This document shows, piece by piece, positions 10,468-22,611 of a stretch of DNA of 64,000 nt. Positions within the stretch are counted from its first letter, which is position 1. Each line of letters starts with the position of its first letter. The notes under the pieces were generated by a model. It saw only the letters and a list, made by a program, of their open reading frames with translations. It was not told the origin of the DNA and made no database searches. Position numbers and translations under genes: made by a program. The stretch lies in NCBI GenBank assembly GCA_051546255.1, contig CP128819.1, positions 1 to 64,000 on the forward strand, in the 5' to 3' direction. Origin of the DNA: Meyerozyma guilliermondii. Its lineage: Eukaryota.

Positions 10468-11622
10468 CTAGATTGCAACGATGTTGGTTTCGTCGGTATA
10501 AACAGCTGGCGCAATGGAAAGCTCGTTGGTCTCATAGTTGTAAACACAGTAAAGGTTCTTCAAAAACGAGTCTCCAAGATAGTTGACGTTTTTCAGGCGG
10601 TAAATATAGAATCCTGGTCCTAATGAATTTCCGTTATCATCAACTATATTATCTCTGTACATGTCCATAAGAGACAACTCGACAGATGTTCCATCAAAGT
10701 TCAATTTAATGGGTTGGTCATAGCCGTCCTTGGAATCCACAAGATAAGCATCGGCATCAGTGTTATATTTGGCAGTTCCCAATTCGTTAAACAAGGCGTC
10801 TCCAAACTCCTGTGTGAGACTGAGGTAAGTGGTTCCGGTATCAAACGAAGCGGGCTCGTTGGTATCGATGGTCTTTCCATTGACAGTAAAAGACTTGATG
10901 TCAACTCCAAAACTTACGTCGTCGGTGACTGGCAATGCTACAAGCTCGCCCTTGTATTTGGCCTTATCAATTCCTCCAAACACGATGCTTCCGTCGTGGA
11001 ATTTTTCATTGATATTGAGATAAATGGAAAAGGCACGAGAGGAAATCAAACCTTGATCTTTCAAGGCCTGAATAAAGTTTGGATAAGCTGGTGGTGTCGC
11101 TTCGTTGGCAACAGGACCAATTCCCAAAAGACCAGCAAGCTTGTCTTGGATTGGAATCACCGCAAACTGGAAATCATGAAGCAGCGCTTCATTACCATCT
11201 TTTCCAAAAGAAACAGTATCCTGGTAAAAGGGACCCTGGTAAGTTGTCTGGTCGACGTAAGTGATGGAAAAGTTGTGGCCCATGTTGTGAGCGGAATTGG
11301 ACGTTTCCGGGTTGAAACCTTTGTCGCCGGCTCCGTTGGATTGACATACCCATAAATCGGAAGATCCAGTATCGAGTTCAACCATGACACCCTGCTTATC
11401 GGAACCCATTTCGATGTAAAGATCATAATGGCTTCCCGTGAACTTCAAGTCACCAGGATATGGCTCATTGCGTCTGGCCAAGTGGGATGTTTTGTTCAAT
11501 GATGGAACGAGAGGAAGTGCCAAGTATTTTTTGGAATCTTCAGGAGCGGCTGCAGGAGCGGCTGCAGGAGCGGCTGCAACTATCGAAACGACAGAAAGGA
11601 GTAAAGTATAAGAAAACTTCAT
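10468..11622 (-). CDS. Secreted aspartyl protease (SAP/yapsin-like, pepsin family A1)
   Basis: Signal peptide MKFSYTLLLSVVSIVAA, dibasic RR pro-site, catalytic DTGSSDLWV and DTGTT, C-terminal LGDSFLKNLY.VY. No GPI tail. Confidence 0.9.
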   Translation of the reverse strand: MKFSYTLLLSVVSIVAAAPAAAPAAAPEDSKKYLALPLVPSLNKTSHLARRNEPYPGDLKFTGSHYDLYIEMGSDKQGVMVELDTGSSDLWVCQSNGAGDKGFNPETSNSAHNMGHNFSITYVDQTTYQGPFYQDTVSFGKDGNEALLHDFQFAVIPIQDKLAGLLGIGPVANEATPPAYPNFIQALKDQGLISSRAFSIYLNINEKFHDGSIVFGGIDKAKYKGELVALPVTDDVSFGVDIKSFTVNGKTIDTNEPASFDTGTTYLSLTQEFGDALFNELGTAKYNTDADAYLVDSKDGYDQPIKLNFDGTSVELSLMDMYRDNIVDDNGNSLGPGFYIYRLKNVNYLGDSFLKNLYCVYNYETNELSIAPAVYTDETNIVAI

Positions 11623-12282
11623 TGTTGAAAGTGCCAAATCTCTCCATTTTTATACTTGAAATAAGCAGCACGGCACCGTTTCAATTTCACCCCGGAGACC
11701 TGAGCTTGAACCGCCATGCATGGAACTGGTTTGACACCTCCGCGTTATGCAATCGAGCATGTGTTTCACGCAGTGAAACAATGTGTTATCAAGATGAGCT
11801 ATTAATAGAAATCCCCTAATAAATTAAAACTAATTGTACAAATTGAACAAGTTGAGCAAGTGAACATTTATGTGATTCATTGACTCGAGCATCTTCACGT
11901 AGAGCTCCGTACACCCCAGCACAGCCAAGCAGCTTCATGTTGACATTACCCATCGTACCTCGGCACATACCCAATGCAGGATGACATCAAGAAACAGGCA
12001 CAGATACGGATATTGACTCGCGCGCGGATAGTACCTTTTTGTAGATTAGGCTAATATTTAGCGCTGTGCACGAATTTTTCTTGACATAAGGTACCGCTGC
12101 AGGACTGAAATAGGTTCAAAATAACAACAACCTAACAAAAATTCAATAATAATATAATGCTTTCTATATAATATGTCGTAAACTAGTAACAAGATGCGTA
12201 GTACCTAGTACTGATTGGCTGCGAAAAGTGCTGCAAATTGAGCCGCACCGTATGCAATATATACATTAATGGACGAGACTGG

Positions 12283-13839
12283 CTAACCAGCGTAGTCTGA
12301 TCTGGCACGTAATTTTGGCCCATTGAGATAGAACAAAACCGGAATAGCACTCATGGCTAGCGACAAGAAACCCAAAACGGATGCACCCCATGCAACAGGA
12401 TAATTTGGAGTGCTGAGATTCTTGTATAAAGATCGCCCAAATAATGGAAATACACCAGCAACGACGGAACGAACCAAATTGTTGCTAGCAAACACCGAGG
12501 CGACGTATCTGGGGAAACTCATACCCAAGTAGTTGAGGAAAGACTGGAAGTTGATAATCATACTGGCACCGCAAAGCGCTGCTCCAATCATAGGAGGGAA
12601 CCAATGTAATTTTGCAGAAGCTGTCCAGCCAAAAATGAGGATTCCAGCAGTCATTAGCTGGTTTCCCACGATAGATAACGGAATAAATACCTCGGGATAC
12701 ACCGTATCACCACGGAGCAAAGCTTTGGTATAGTTTTTGTACAAGTAAATCAAGTAGGGAATTGTACCAAGTCCAACTCCAACGGACAAACTGAGGTAAC
12801 ATGCTCCTGTTTGTACTTTTGTAAAGTGATGCACTTCGGAAAACACTATAGGGAATGCCTCGAACCAAAGATACAATACCGAGTATACCAAGCAAATGTA
12901 GATGTTGATCAAGAGCACCACAGGTTCAACAATTGAAATAACCAAAGGTCTCCAAAGCATTTCCTTGAGTGAAGCCATCACATCCTTATTAATCTTTTCC
13001 TTTGCTTCGCAATAAATATCGGTTTTTCCAGTTTGTTTCACGATCCGCTTGTACTTGCGATAGAGTAGAGTATCGGCATGAGTTTCAGGCAAGAAAAAAA
13101 CTAAGATGCACAAGGTGCTTCCAGACACGATCAAAGTAAACCAGAAAGTCCATCTCCAGTTTCTCTCGTTTATAAGTAAAGATCCGAAAAATGGACCCAA
13201 GGCTGGTCCTGAGAGAGAAACCACTCCCCATACACCGAGACCAACGGGCATGAATGGAGCACTTACCATGTCTGTAAAAGAAGCACCAACATTTGCCAAT
13301 GGAGTCGAACCAAAGAATCCCGCTAAAAATCTTAAAACAGCAAACAGGGCAATATTCTTGGACAAAGCGATTGGGATTTGCAACACAACGAATATGAACG
13401 TTGTGACAGCGTAAACGGAATTTCTACCAATTAATGGGTTCTCCGAGAATGGGGAAAAGATCATGGTTCCCATACCATAACCAATGACATAAACTGTCAA
13501 CGGAAGCATTGCCAAAGTGTAATTAATATCGAATTCTTTCATGAGCTCTTCGGCACCAGGAGTGTAGATTGCCGCACACATGTATACTGAAAATTGCAAA
13601 AGGGAAAGCTGGACAGCAACGAAGAGTTTTGCTGCCATTGACCAGTTGTAAGGGTTTTCTTTATCATCAGGTCCATCCCATCCAATACTATTGATCTCTT
13701 TTGAGGAGGCTCCTTCAAGAGTTTCTATGGAATCATCATCCCACTTTAATTGAGGTGCTGAACTTGCAAATAGATATTTTCCGGTCACCTGTTCGTAGCA
13801 GTATCCAAAGAAACTCTCTCTGATAAAGTGTCGTAACAT
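12283..13839 (-). CDS. DHA1-family MFS drug:H+ antiporter (MDR1/FLR1-like)
   Basis: WDGPDDKENPYNW, SPFSENP.IGR, LWFEAFPIVF and GP.LRARS.Y motifs. Confidence 0.92.
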   Translation of the reverse strand: MLRHFIRESFFGYCYEQVTGKYLFASSAPQLKWDDDSIETLEGASSKEINSIGWDGPDDKENPYNWSMAAKLFVAVQLSLLQFSVYMCAAIYTPGAEELMKEFDINYTLAMLPLTVYVIGYGMGTMIFSPFSENPLIGRNSVYAVTTFIFVVLQIPIALSKNIALFAVLRFLAGFFGSTPLANVGASFTDMVSAPFMPVGLGVWGVVSLSGPALGPFFGSLLINERNWRWTFWFTLIVSGSTLCILVFFLPETHADTLLYRKYKRIVKQTGKTDIYCEAKEKINKDVMASLKEMLWRPLVISIVEPVVLLINIYICLVYSVLYLWFEAFPIVFSEVHHFTKVQTGACYLSLSVGVGLGTIPYLIYLYKNYTKALLRGDTVYPEVFIPLSIVGNQLMTAGILIFGWTASAKLHWFPPMIGAALCGASMIINFQSFLNYLGMSFPRYVASVFASNNLVRSVVAGVFPLFGRSLYKNLSTPNYPVAWGASVLGFLSLAMSAIPVLFYLNGPKLRARSDYAG

Positions 13840-13870
13840 GATTGCTGAAAAGGCTGCAAAGTTTCGTCTT

Positions 13871-13983
13871 ATATATTTCGCAGCCGGTGCGGGCCACCTT
13901 CCCAAACCGGCAGGTGCTCTCCCATTTCTATTTCATATTTCGCAGCCGTGGCGGAACACCTTCCCAAAACGGCAGGTGGGCCG
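13871..13983. promoter_or_regulatory. Duplicated ~45-bp CGG-rich element in the short DHA1 promoter
   Basis: ATATTTCGCAGCCG..GCGG..CACCTTCCCAAA.CGGCAGGTG occurs at about 13873 and 13935. Confidence 0.55.
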
Positions 13984-14004
13984 CCAACATACCAAGGCAT
14001 CTGA

Positions 14005-16080
14005 TTAATTCTCTTTGGTGCCTGGTAGGAACATTGCTGGGGAATAGAACAAGTCATCGAATCTTACATCACCTGTTAGGTCAGACACTCCTCCAAAATG
14101 GCTAAAATAGTTTATCCAGTAATTATCGACTTCCAGCAAGGAAGGTTCCGATAATGATTCCACAGTGAATAATGGTCGATTTTCCACAACTTTTTTATCT
14201 TCACTTGCTCCGGATTGAATCTCCTTGGCGTTGAATTCACTTGAAGCTATAAGATCCAACACAAAAATTTGAGACTTGGTAGTTTGCCATGCGTAACAAT
14301 ACTCTTTTGACAATTTGGAACTGAAGGTTACAAACTTTTTAGTGTATGTGTCGAGCCATTTCATGTGGTTCGAGCAATCCTTTCTGTGCAACAACAAGGA
14401 TGTCATGACAATATTTCCCTTTTGTACTGCTCCTTCTACTGATGGAGCAGAAAGAAGGTCGTAGAAAACATCATTGTAGAAAAAAAATTTGCACATCAAA
14501 GTAATATCCTTGGTGATGATTTTCTCGAGCACTTCTGTGAACCTTTGGCTATTCTTGTCACAGTACTTTTCACAGTGAAGGTATAACAAGAAATAATAGC
14601 ACATGAAGCAGCTTTTTGTATCCAAATAAATGATCGGTTTGTAGTTTAATGCGAGACTGAATGATTGGTCTGGTTGCCTGGTTGTCGTCTTTATATCGGT
14701 CTCCAAACCACGTAATAGTTTGGAGTGTTCTTCAATCAAGGTAGTTAGTTCCACAAATGAAATTGCTGATTTCAAATTCAAACTCAAATCCACGATTTTC
14801 TTCAACGGCATACAGTAACTTTTGAGGAACTGGAAAGCCTCGATACAACGTCTTTCCGTACTTTCATCAAGAACATTTTTGACTCCTTCCTTGTATTCTG
14901 GAAACGGAATATCGTAGTCTGAATCACTGATTAATAGGGGAATTCCAGAAATACATGAACGTCGTATATCCCAAAAGAAGAGCAAATACCAGATTTTGCT
15001 CATAAGGTGCATAGAGCTGCTTTCATCTTGGACGCTTCGCATGTGTGAGGTGTCTCTGTTTATACCAAGGTTCTTAGCCATGAGTATGGCAATATCGAGA
15101 GACACATTTGCGTCGCAGTCGTCTACTCCGTCGACTGTTTCTGGTGCAAATCTGTGGTAATTTTTGACCAACATGACAAACTGAAGCACTTCTATAGTCG
15201 AATACTTGCTCAAGTTGAACTGGTCAAGGATTTCGAGGGCCACTTCCACAATCGAGATCGAAATAGGATGTTCAATGAGAATGGAGTCTCTTTCTTCAAC
15301 ATTTCGATCCCGACAAAAAAGAGATGTAAATCGAAGTATGACGATAAGTGAGCCGGCTCTGGCAAGCTGCAGCTTGTTGGTGGCATGTAATCTTGTAATT
15401 GGCGAGTCATCGTCAGGGAGCATTTTGAAAATATGGGATTTGAAATCGGTCTCGTCGAAAATGGGAAGAAGTTGATATAAGGTCCGGAAAAAATAGTCTA
15501 GATACCTTGAAATCACCAGTCGTGGAGGTAGAGCAACGGCAATCATCACATCAACGGCCAGATTGTCAAATGCACTTTTGTAGCTCATTCGATTGTGGAC
15601 TCTGGTGCCTTGTTCATGGTTGGGATTCCAGTGAATTGCCTTAGATTCTTCCAAAACTTGGCTATTGTAGGAAGAAAACGAAAAGTTGGGTCGCCTTTTC
15701 AAAATGTACTGTTCTAGGTTGCTCAACATGGGGTCTGAACTGAGCAAACTGGGCCACGAAAACGGACCATAGTTGACCCTACGTAGGTCTTTGATGTCTA
15801 TGGAAGAATAATCTCTCATAATGCTTATTTTCAGATCACCCAACTGACTTTCATCAATAGATTTTGAAACTTTTTCCTCTTTGTATAATGGTGGTGGATT
15901 TTTTTTCGGATTAATTTCAGGCTTTTGTACTTTATGATTAGACACTGTGGTTTGCCAGGTATTGAACACACACATTACATTTGCTCTTTTGCATTGACTG
16001 CATGGCTCTAAGCGATCACATTTCCGTTTCAGTCGCTTGCAAGCATCGCAGGCTTTACTGGGTCTTTTGGGTGGTTGCAT
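14005..16080 (-). CDS. Zn(II)2Cys6 transcription factor
   Basis: ACDACKRLKRKCDRLEPCSQC...C binuclear cluster plus a middle-homology region (MAKNLGINRD, KIWYLL). Confidence 0.92.
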   Translation of the reverse strand: MQPPKRPSKACDACKRLKRKCDRLEPCSQCKRANVMCVFNTWQTTVSNHKVQKPEINPKKNPPPLYKEEKVSKSIDESQLGDLKISIMRDYSSIDIKDLRRVNYGPFSWPSLLSSDPMLSNLEQYILKRRPNFSFSSYNSQVLEESKAIHWNPNHEQGTRVHNRMSYKSAFDNLAVDVMIAVALPPRLVISRYLDYFFRTLYQLLPIFDETDFKSHIFKMLPDDDSPITRLHATNKLQLARAGSLIVILRFTSLFCRDRNVEERDSILIEHPISISIVEVALEILDQFNLSKYSTIEVLQFVMLVKNYHRFAPETVDGVDDCDANVSLDIAILMAKNLGINRDTSHMRSVQDESSSMHLMSKIWYLLFFWDIRRSCISGIPLLISDSDYDIPFPEYKEGVKNVLDESTERRCIEAFQFLKSYCMPLKKIVDLSLNLKSAISFVELTTLIEEHSKLLRGLETDIKTTTRQPDQSFSLALNYKPIIYLDTKSCFMCYYFLLYLHCEKYCDKNSQRFTEVLEKIITKDITLMCKFFFYNDVFYDLLSAPSVEGAVQKGNIVMTSLLLHRKDCSNHMKWLDTYTKKFVTFSSKLSKEYCYAWQTTKSQIFVLDLIASSEFNAKEIQSGASEDKKVVENRPLFTVESLSEPSLLEVDNYWINYFSHFGGVSDLTGDVRFDDLFYSPAMFLPGTKEN

Positions 16081-17607
16081 GTTGAAATTATTAATTGTTG
16101 CGAAAATTGAACATTTTAAAATTACTGAATTCGTTGATGTTGAGTCAAAGTGGGGTTCGCATTAAATGGTAAAATCGAGCACCTATTGTTGTATGCTTGC
16201 GAATAAAACAAGCTAGGGTGATTTTATTGGTGGTTCATATGGCTGCAAATTGTCTAATAGGAACCAAAAGCAATTTAAAGGAAAGATACTCGCCAAAAAA
16301 TGCTTACCAATTTTGAATTGATTCGGAAAAACATGAAATTCTCGGGAGATTTACTGAAAGTAGAAAGAGTTGCGTGCCAGAATTTGAGCAGAAGAGGCCA
16401 ACAAATTGTATAAGGAAGGTTAATAAGAACCATTGTCTTGATAAAGGGCAATTACATGTGATCATAAAACCATTTAAACTGACCAAAACGCAAGCAAAAC
16501 CATCGGTTTAAGGTTAAAATTTCAGTTTTCTATTCAAGTGAACTTACAAATTCTGAAAGTCCTTCTTTGGCGAAAATAGACAACTTTAGGCGAGTTAAAG
16601 TGAACTATTTTCAAGATTATGCGCCGAACATTAAATAAGGAAGACGGAAAGTATTGAATTTAGACTCTAGGCGAAACAGACGGAGTTTGTAAGTCTCCAT
16701 GAAAGCACAAAGTTAGTCGAATTGTAATGCTTCATGGTTGTTTTCTGGCTCTCTCGTAATTGCTAAAGACTAAAGACTAAAGTGTATTGACATAACATTC
16801 CAAACCAAGAAGTAAACTTCCATTGAATCTGTTGGTTTCCGCTCGTATCAATGCAGAGATAGACAATTAAGGCCGAGTCAACCATACTGTCAATTGTAAA
16901 GCCGAAGATTAAATACCGGTATTTGACTTTCAAAAGAGTTCATTGCACTCTACATCGATGAACAGCAGTAACCCTACATTAGTTGAGAAAGCAATATCTC
17001 TACAAGAAGACAATCTTGCCAATAATTTTTTTCGAGTCAATTTGAAAATTTCCGAATTTCTGAAAAATTTCCGCGATTCTCAAAAACGGATTTCGTTCTC
17101 TTTTTGCAGCCGCTCGTTTCAGCCGTTCGCATCGCGGATTTAAAATCCTGTATTGGCAATGATTGGTCAAGAAGGAGATATCGGAATCACATCATGTCAT
17201 ATGCTTGGATCTACCAGCTTATGAGCAAATTGTTTCGTTTCCGTTCAGCTGAAATGGAATATTGTTTAGAAATGTTCGGCGTTACATGTCCAAGATTTGT
17301 CATCGATGCTGATTGAGTCACCATGGTCAAGCTGTGATGAAAACTCAGTAGCAGCTTATTATGTGAATAACCCGGAGAAAGCTCGATAAATAAGCTTTAA
17401 GTTTAGTTTACTGAAAAATGTTGAAATTTTTGGAAAGTCAAAGGACGACTTGATCACACGTGAAGCTTCTCGGATGTATCCTATAACCTAAGATTACTAA
17501 TTGACGGTGGGAACGGGTTTAACAGGTTGTAAACGAGTTTGTAAACGAGTCTAAACGAGAAGGTAAACTTAAAAAGCATGGATTCAAGTTAACATATCCA
17601 TTGGATT

Positions 17608-19266
17608 ATGAGGTTCATCAGAGACAGCTTTTTTGGTCGGATAGTGTACCATGTTTCTGGTCACAAAATCTTGGGATACAAGGAGGAAAAGCCAGACTAT
17701 GTCATACCTGAAAAGTACCTCAACGGAAACTTGGTCGAGACTCAAAGCTCGCTGACTCTTGAAGGTAATGAAGCCAAGACCACCAAAACCAAACTTGAAA
17801 CCGAGCCGTGTGAAGGAGATGTTGCTCCAATTATAGTGGACTATGATGGACCCGACGACCCAGATAATCCTTACAACTGGGCGATCTACAAAAAAGTTTT
17901 TTTTATTATCGAAATTGGCATTATGACCATCTCGGTGTACATGGGTTCGGCGATTTACACTCCAGGAATAGAAGATATGATGTCAGATCTTCATACAACC
18001 AGAGTCAAAGCGACACTACCATTGGCAATGTTTGTCATAGGATATGGAATCGGACCATTGATATTTTCCCCGATGTCAGAAAATGCTGCTCTTGGTCGAA
18101 CCTCCATTTACATCGTTACGGTGTTCTTTTTTTTCATATTTCTGATTCCCCAAAGTTTTGGACCAGCAACTCATTCCCTTGCTTCCCTTACTGTGCTTAG
18201 GCTTCTAGCTGGAATTTCTGCTTCTGCACCCATGGGAACCGGCGGTGCTAGTGCTAGTGATGTGGTGACAGTGCCATATATGCCAATGGGAATTATTGCC
18301 TGGAGTATGGCAGGAATATGTGGACCTACCCTTGGACCATTGGTTGGTTCAGCCATCATCAATGCTTCGCAAGGTCTGTGGATATGGACTTTTAGGTTCA
18401 TGATGATAATTTCTGGAGCTTCGTTTCTCTTGTTCGGGTTCACTTTACCTGAAAGTCTGGGAAAGGCCATTTTGCGTCGAAAGGCTCAAAGGCTTAGAGC
18501 ACTCACAGGTAACCCAAATATCGTCAGTGAGGGAGAATTGGAGAACCAAAGTATGACACTAAGGGAAGTTGCAATTGACACATTATGGAGACCAATTGAG
18601 ATCATCGTCTTTGAACCAGTGGTTCTTCTGATAGACTTGTACATAGCATTGATCTACTCCATCATCTACTTGTGGTTCGAGGCATTCCCCATTGTGTTTG
18701 TGGAGACGTATGGGTTCACTTTGGTCGAGTTGGGTGTGTCTTACTCTAGTGTGTACATTGGCATGTTCATCGGTTCCAGCTTGTACATTGCGTACATGTA
18801 CTTTGCACACACCAGAAAACTTCTAGAAGGAAAAGCCGAGCAAGTAACTCCAGAAGTGTTCCTTCCTCCTACAATTGTAGGAAGTGTGGTTATGCCAATT
18901 GGAATCTTTATTTTTGGCTGGAGTGCCAGTGCCAATCAGCATTGGATTGGCTGTTTAATTGGCGCAGCCTTGTTTGGAGCAGGCGGATTCACTGTGATCC
19001 AGGCGCTATTCAACTACATGGGAATGTCCTTCCCGCGGTATATGGCTTCTGCATTTGGTGGAAATGCCATTTTGAGGTCTTTAATGGCCGGTTGCTTTCC
19101 GCTCTTCGGAGCTCCACTTTTCAACAATCTCAAAACCCATAAATTTCCAGTCGCCTGGGGAAGCACAATCTTGGCATTGATCTGTGTTGGCATGATATCC
19201 ATCCCGGTAACGTTTTACTTGTTGGGTCCACGCATTAGAGCCAGATCCAAATATTCGGGATTTTAA
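17608..19266 (+). CDS. MDR1: DHA1-family MFS multidrug transporter, MDR1-like
   Basis: MRFIRDSFFGR N-terminus, DGPDDPDNPYNW, YMGSAIYTPG and LWFEAFPIVF, as in Candida Mdr1. Orthology is not proven. Confidence 0.85.
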   Translation: MRFIRDSFFGRIVYHVSGHKILGYKEEKPDYVIPEKYLNGNLVETQSSLTLEGNEAKTTKTKLETEPCEGDVAPIIVDYDGPDDPDNPYNWAIYKKVFFIIEIGIMTISVYMGSAIYTPGIEDMMSDLHTTRVKATLPLAMFVIGYGIGPLIFSPMSENAALGRTSIYIVTVFFFFIFLIPQSFGPATHSLASLTVLRLLAGISASAPMGTGGASASDVVTVPYMPMGIIAWSMAGICGPTLGPLVGSAIINASQGLWIWTFRFMMIISGASFLLFGFTLPESLGKAILRRKAQRLRALTGNPNIVSEGELENQSMTLREVAIDTLWRPIEIIVFEPVVLLIDLYIALIYSIIYLWFEAFPIVFVETYGFTLVELGVSYSSVYIGMFIGSSLYIAYMYFAHTRKLLEGKAEQVTPEVFLPPTIVGSVVMPIGIFIFGWSASANQHWIGCLIGAALFGAGGFTVIQALFNYMGMSFPRYMASAFGGNAILRSLMAGCFPLFGAPLFNNLKTHKFPVAWGSTILALICVGMISIPVTFYLLGPRIRARSKYSGF

Positions 19267-19682
19267 TCTTGCTATATTTTCGCAACCAACACGTAATCGT
19301 GCATATTGACGTGTATAGGTGCATTGGAGTTCCGAACCGACCACCGAATGAGGTGGTTGTTTCAGCAAAAAAATCACCGTTTTGAGCAACTGGAAACCCG
19401 GACCTAACTGTCGCACGAGTGAAAACCACACAGTCAAATTATCAGATCCAAATCGCTCTTCCTCACCCCTCCGGTGTCGGGCACTTGCCCCGGACCATCC
19501 GGCATACAACAAATGGCGCATTTCGGAAAAAGATCCGTCACTATATGCACGTTACCCCACAAAAACTACAGTCGGTGGACTTTAGCCCATTGAGGGGAGG
19601 GATTTTCTGAAAAAGGCTCGGAGTTCGGATGCGGGTTTTATAAGGAGGGTGACCTACCTTTGTGGTGTATCAATTATCAAAT

Positions 19683-20831
19683 ATGAGTCCAGCAACAAAA
19701 GGAAAAGTACTTCTCGTTCTCTACAAGGGTGGAGACCATGCCCGTCAGGTCAAGCAACTTTTAGGATGTCTTGAGAACGAATTGGGTATTCGTGATTTCA
19801 TCGAGAAAAATGGATACGAACTTGTTTCTACTGATAGCAAGGATCCAATTGGAGAATCCGAAGTTGATGAGCACCTCAAAGATGCTGAGATTATTATTAC
19901 TACTCCATTCTTCCCAGCCTATATCACCAAGGAACGTCTTGCCAAGGCACCAAAGTTGAAGATGTGTGTTACTGCCGGTGTTGGTTCTGACCATATTGAC
20001 TTGAACGCTGCCAATGAGCACAAAATCACCGTTACTGAAGTCACTGGTTCCAATGTGGTTTCGGTTTCTGAGCATGCCGTTATGACCATTTTGGATTTGG
20101 TTCGTAACTTTGTTCCTGCTCACGAACAGGCTGTTAGCAAGGGCTGGGACATTGCTGGAGCTGCCAAGGATTCGTACGATTTGGAAGGTAAGACCGTTGC
20201 AACCGTTGGTGCTGGTCGTATTGGTTACCGTATCTTGGAGAGATTGGTGGCTTTCAACCCTAAGAAATTGTACTACTACGATTACCAGGACCTTCCCAAG
20301 GATGCAATTGACAAGTTGAACAAGGCTTCTGAACTTTTCAATGGCCATGGAAACATTGTTGAGAGAGTGGAGAACCTTGAAGAGATGCTCGGAAAGTCCG
20401 ATGTGGTTACCATCAATGCTCCATTGCACGAAAAGACCAAGGGTTTATTCAACAAGGACTTGATTTCCAAGATGAAGGATGGTGCTTGGCTTGTTAACAC
20501 TGCTCGTGGAGCCATTTGTGTTGCTGAGGATGTTGCCGAAGCTCTTGAGTCTGGAAAATTGAGAGGTTATGGTGGAGATGTGTGGAACGTGCAACCAGCT
20601 CCAGACAACCACCCATGGAGAACCATGCGTAACAAGTTTGGTGGAGGTAACGCCATGACTCCTCATATCTCTGGTACTTCTTTGGACGCTCAAGCTCGTT
20701 ACTCTGCTGGTGTTCAGAGCATTTTGGAGAGTTACTTCAGCGGTAAGCACGACTACCGTCAACAAGACGTTATCGTCATTGATGGAGACTACGCTACCAA
20801 ATCTTATGGTGAAAGACACAAGATGAAATAA
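19683..20831 (+). CDS. FDH1: NAD-dependent formate dehydrogenase (copy 1)
   Basis: [43 protein letters not shown] and [11 protein letters not shown] motifs. Confidence 0.96.
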   Translation: MSPATKGKVLLVLYKGGDHARQVKQLLGCLENELGIRDFIEKNGYELVSTDSKDPIGESEVDEHLKDAEIIITTPFFPAYITKERLAKAPKLKMCVTAGVGSDHIDLNAANEHKITVTEVTGSNVVSVSEHAVMTILDLVRNFVPAHEQAVSKGWDIAGAAKDSYDLEGKTVATVGAGRIGYRILERLVAFNPKKLYYYDYQDLPKDAIDKLNKASELFNGHGNIVERVENLEEMLGKSDVVTINAPLHEKTKGLFNKDLISKMKDGAWLVNTARGAICVAEDVAEALESGKLRGYGGDVWNVQPAPDNHPWRTMRNKFGGGNAMTPHISGTSLDAQARYSAGVQSILESYFSGKHDYRQQDVIVIDGDYATKSYGERHKMK

Positions 20832-21759
20832 ATAGGATAGGCTAAAATCAAATGAGATTTATCAAACAAGCTATGCAAACAAGATTTATCAATTACAAAC
20901 TTCAACTAACATTTATCAATTGAGTCGAAGTCGAGGCGGCTGGGAGTGAAAAGGGAAAGTTCTCTGGTCCCAGAGGTTGCCTCAAGAAAGATATAATGGA
21001 CTTGGAAAGTCATATGGCATTCAGCCAATTTTTAATCTTTCAGTGAATTTTGGAATTCAGCTTGCTTAATGATGATTTTTCATTTCGTTTCTAGATGAAG
21101 TGTTGCTGTTTGTTTGTGAACTATAACGAAGTGAAGGTATGGAGATCACTCTAAACAAGTCTATGCCTTTTATAATTTCTTTGATTTGCAGCCAAGATGC
21201 GGCGCTTCCATGCTACTAACTCATGGCACAACCAGTAAGAGATGTTGAAACGATTATCCTAATTTTCTTGGAAAGTCTCCAAAATACAAAGAATCTGAAT
21301 CAGAATTGGCTAAGGTTTCTTCTCTCTTTCAGTGAACCCACATTAAGCTTCTTAGGGGAAACCTGATTATGAACTAGACTCTCACTTTGTATTCCTTGCC
21401 TGGACAAAGGATTGGTAGTATCTTCAGCAATTGCTTTCTGGGCCTCCAGAAGTTTAAAATAATCTGCTGAATTACTTGAGCACTAATAAGGCTGTCAACA
21501 AGTCAATAATTTAATATTCACTCCATTATAAGTCAGTAGATGTCTCTGAAACTTTTGGTGCTTCCCATACAGCTTGGAAATCTTAATACCCTGGCTCCTT
21601 CGAATTTAATGCTGACTTTTGATGCTAGAAGTTGACCTACAATTGATATAATTTATGGCTCAAGGATGGTATCAGTAGTAGAGGAAAATGAAGATAAGAC
21701 AACTAATGAAATTTCATACTTGCAAGTGTTCTTTAGGCATTGATAGTTCTTTCAATTTC

Positions 21760-22611
21760 TTATTGTAAGTCGTTTTCAAGTCGGCACACATGTCTCATGG
21801 CTTCTTTTGCTCGGGTGGTTACCACATTACCATGAGCAGGCACAATTGTTTCAAAGTCCAAGTCACATATAGCAGCTAGACCTTTTCTCGCTTTTGAAAG
21901 ATGAGCCCTGGGAAACAACCGAGTGAAAGTTAAATTGTATACTTTACTGAATGGCTGAAAATATCTGGTTGCAAATGATATCCATCCATGGGGATTGAAC
22001 CCTTTTGGGTAACCAGTTTCTGGTGAGTATTGCTCTAAAACTACGTCTCCCGTAGTGGTGCCGTGTATACCCAAATTCATAAGAATGTCAGCTTGAAATA
22101 GCATCTTTTGTGGTTTCAAGTAAACCACAACTTCTTTGTCAAAGTGCAATGGTAAGTAAACGAACTCGAGTTCGTTAAAACCCTTTTCTGTTTCAGAGCC
22201 ATTGGCACGAGTAATGTCGTTCAAAGTGATAACCTTGTTTGCAATTGCATCAGTTAATTTGTAGTCCACTGACACTCGAGTGGTAGCTTCTGATGAGATC
22301 ACCTTGGCTTTTTTGAAATGAGCAGTGAAAGAATCAACTCCCAAGTAATGCTCAGTACTCAATGCTACAATATGAGTAACATTATAGTCTGCTGGGTTTG
22401 TGGACGAATTTCCAGTCAATTTCTGCAACCCTTCAACGATATAATCGCCATAGATCATCGGAGACCAAACCACAATTCCTCCTTCACATTGTATAAGAGC
22501 AGTTCTGGCACCTATATTAAAGAGTCCCAAGTAACTGAAAGGACAAGATACAATAACCACCAGGTCATTGAGCTTGCGTACAGCAGCTTTGATTTTGGTA
22601 GGATAACCCAT
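21760..22611 (-). CDS. DUF4336-like / metallo-beta-lactamase-fold protein
   Basis: PFS.LG...IGAR, IVVWSP, H.L, EVV.Y...K.L..AD...NL and DF.TIVP.HG motifs. Probable start MGYPTK at 22611. Confidence 0.65.
   Translation of the reverse strand: MGYPTKIKAAVRKLNDLVVIVSCPFSYLGLFNIGARTALIQCEGGIVVWSPMIYGDYIVEGLQKLTGNSSTNPADYNVTHIVALSTEHYLGVDSFTAHFKKAKVISSEATTRVSVDYKLTDAIANKVITLNDITRANGSETEKGFNELEFVYLPLHFDKEVVVYLKPQKMLFQADILMNLGIHGTTTGDVVLEQYSPETGYPKGFNPHGWISFATRYFQPFSKVYNLTFTRLFPRAHLSKARKGLAAICDLDFETIVPAHGNVVTTRAKEAMRHVCRLENDLQ

Noticed and set aside
11541..11578. 12-bp repeat x3 in the protease gene
   Set aside because: Encodes AAPA repeats in the pro-peptide; ordinary coding slippage.
19761..20429. 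222-aa antisense ORF over FDH copy 1 (and the 322-aa one at 46249-47217 over copy 2)
   Set aside because: Antisense shadows caused by strong codon bias in highly expressed genes; no independent protein features.
21240..21750. Possible decayed coding sequence downstream of FDH copy 1
   Set aside because: Coding-like composition but multiple stops in the frames I read, and no identifiable parent gene.
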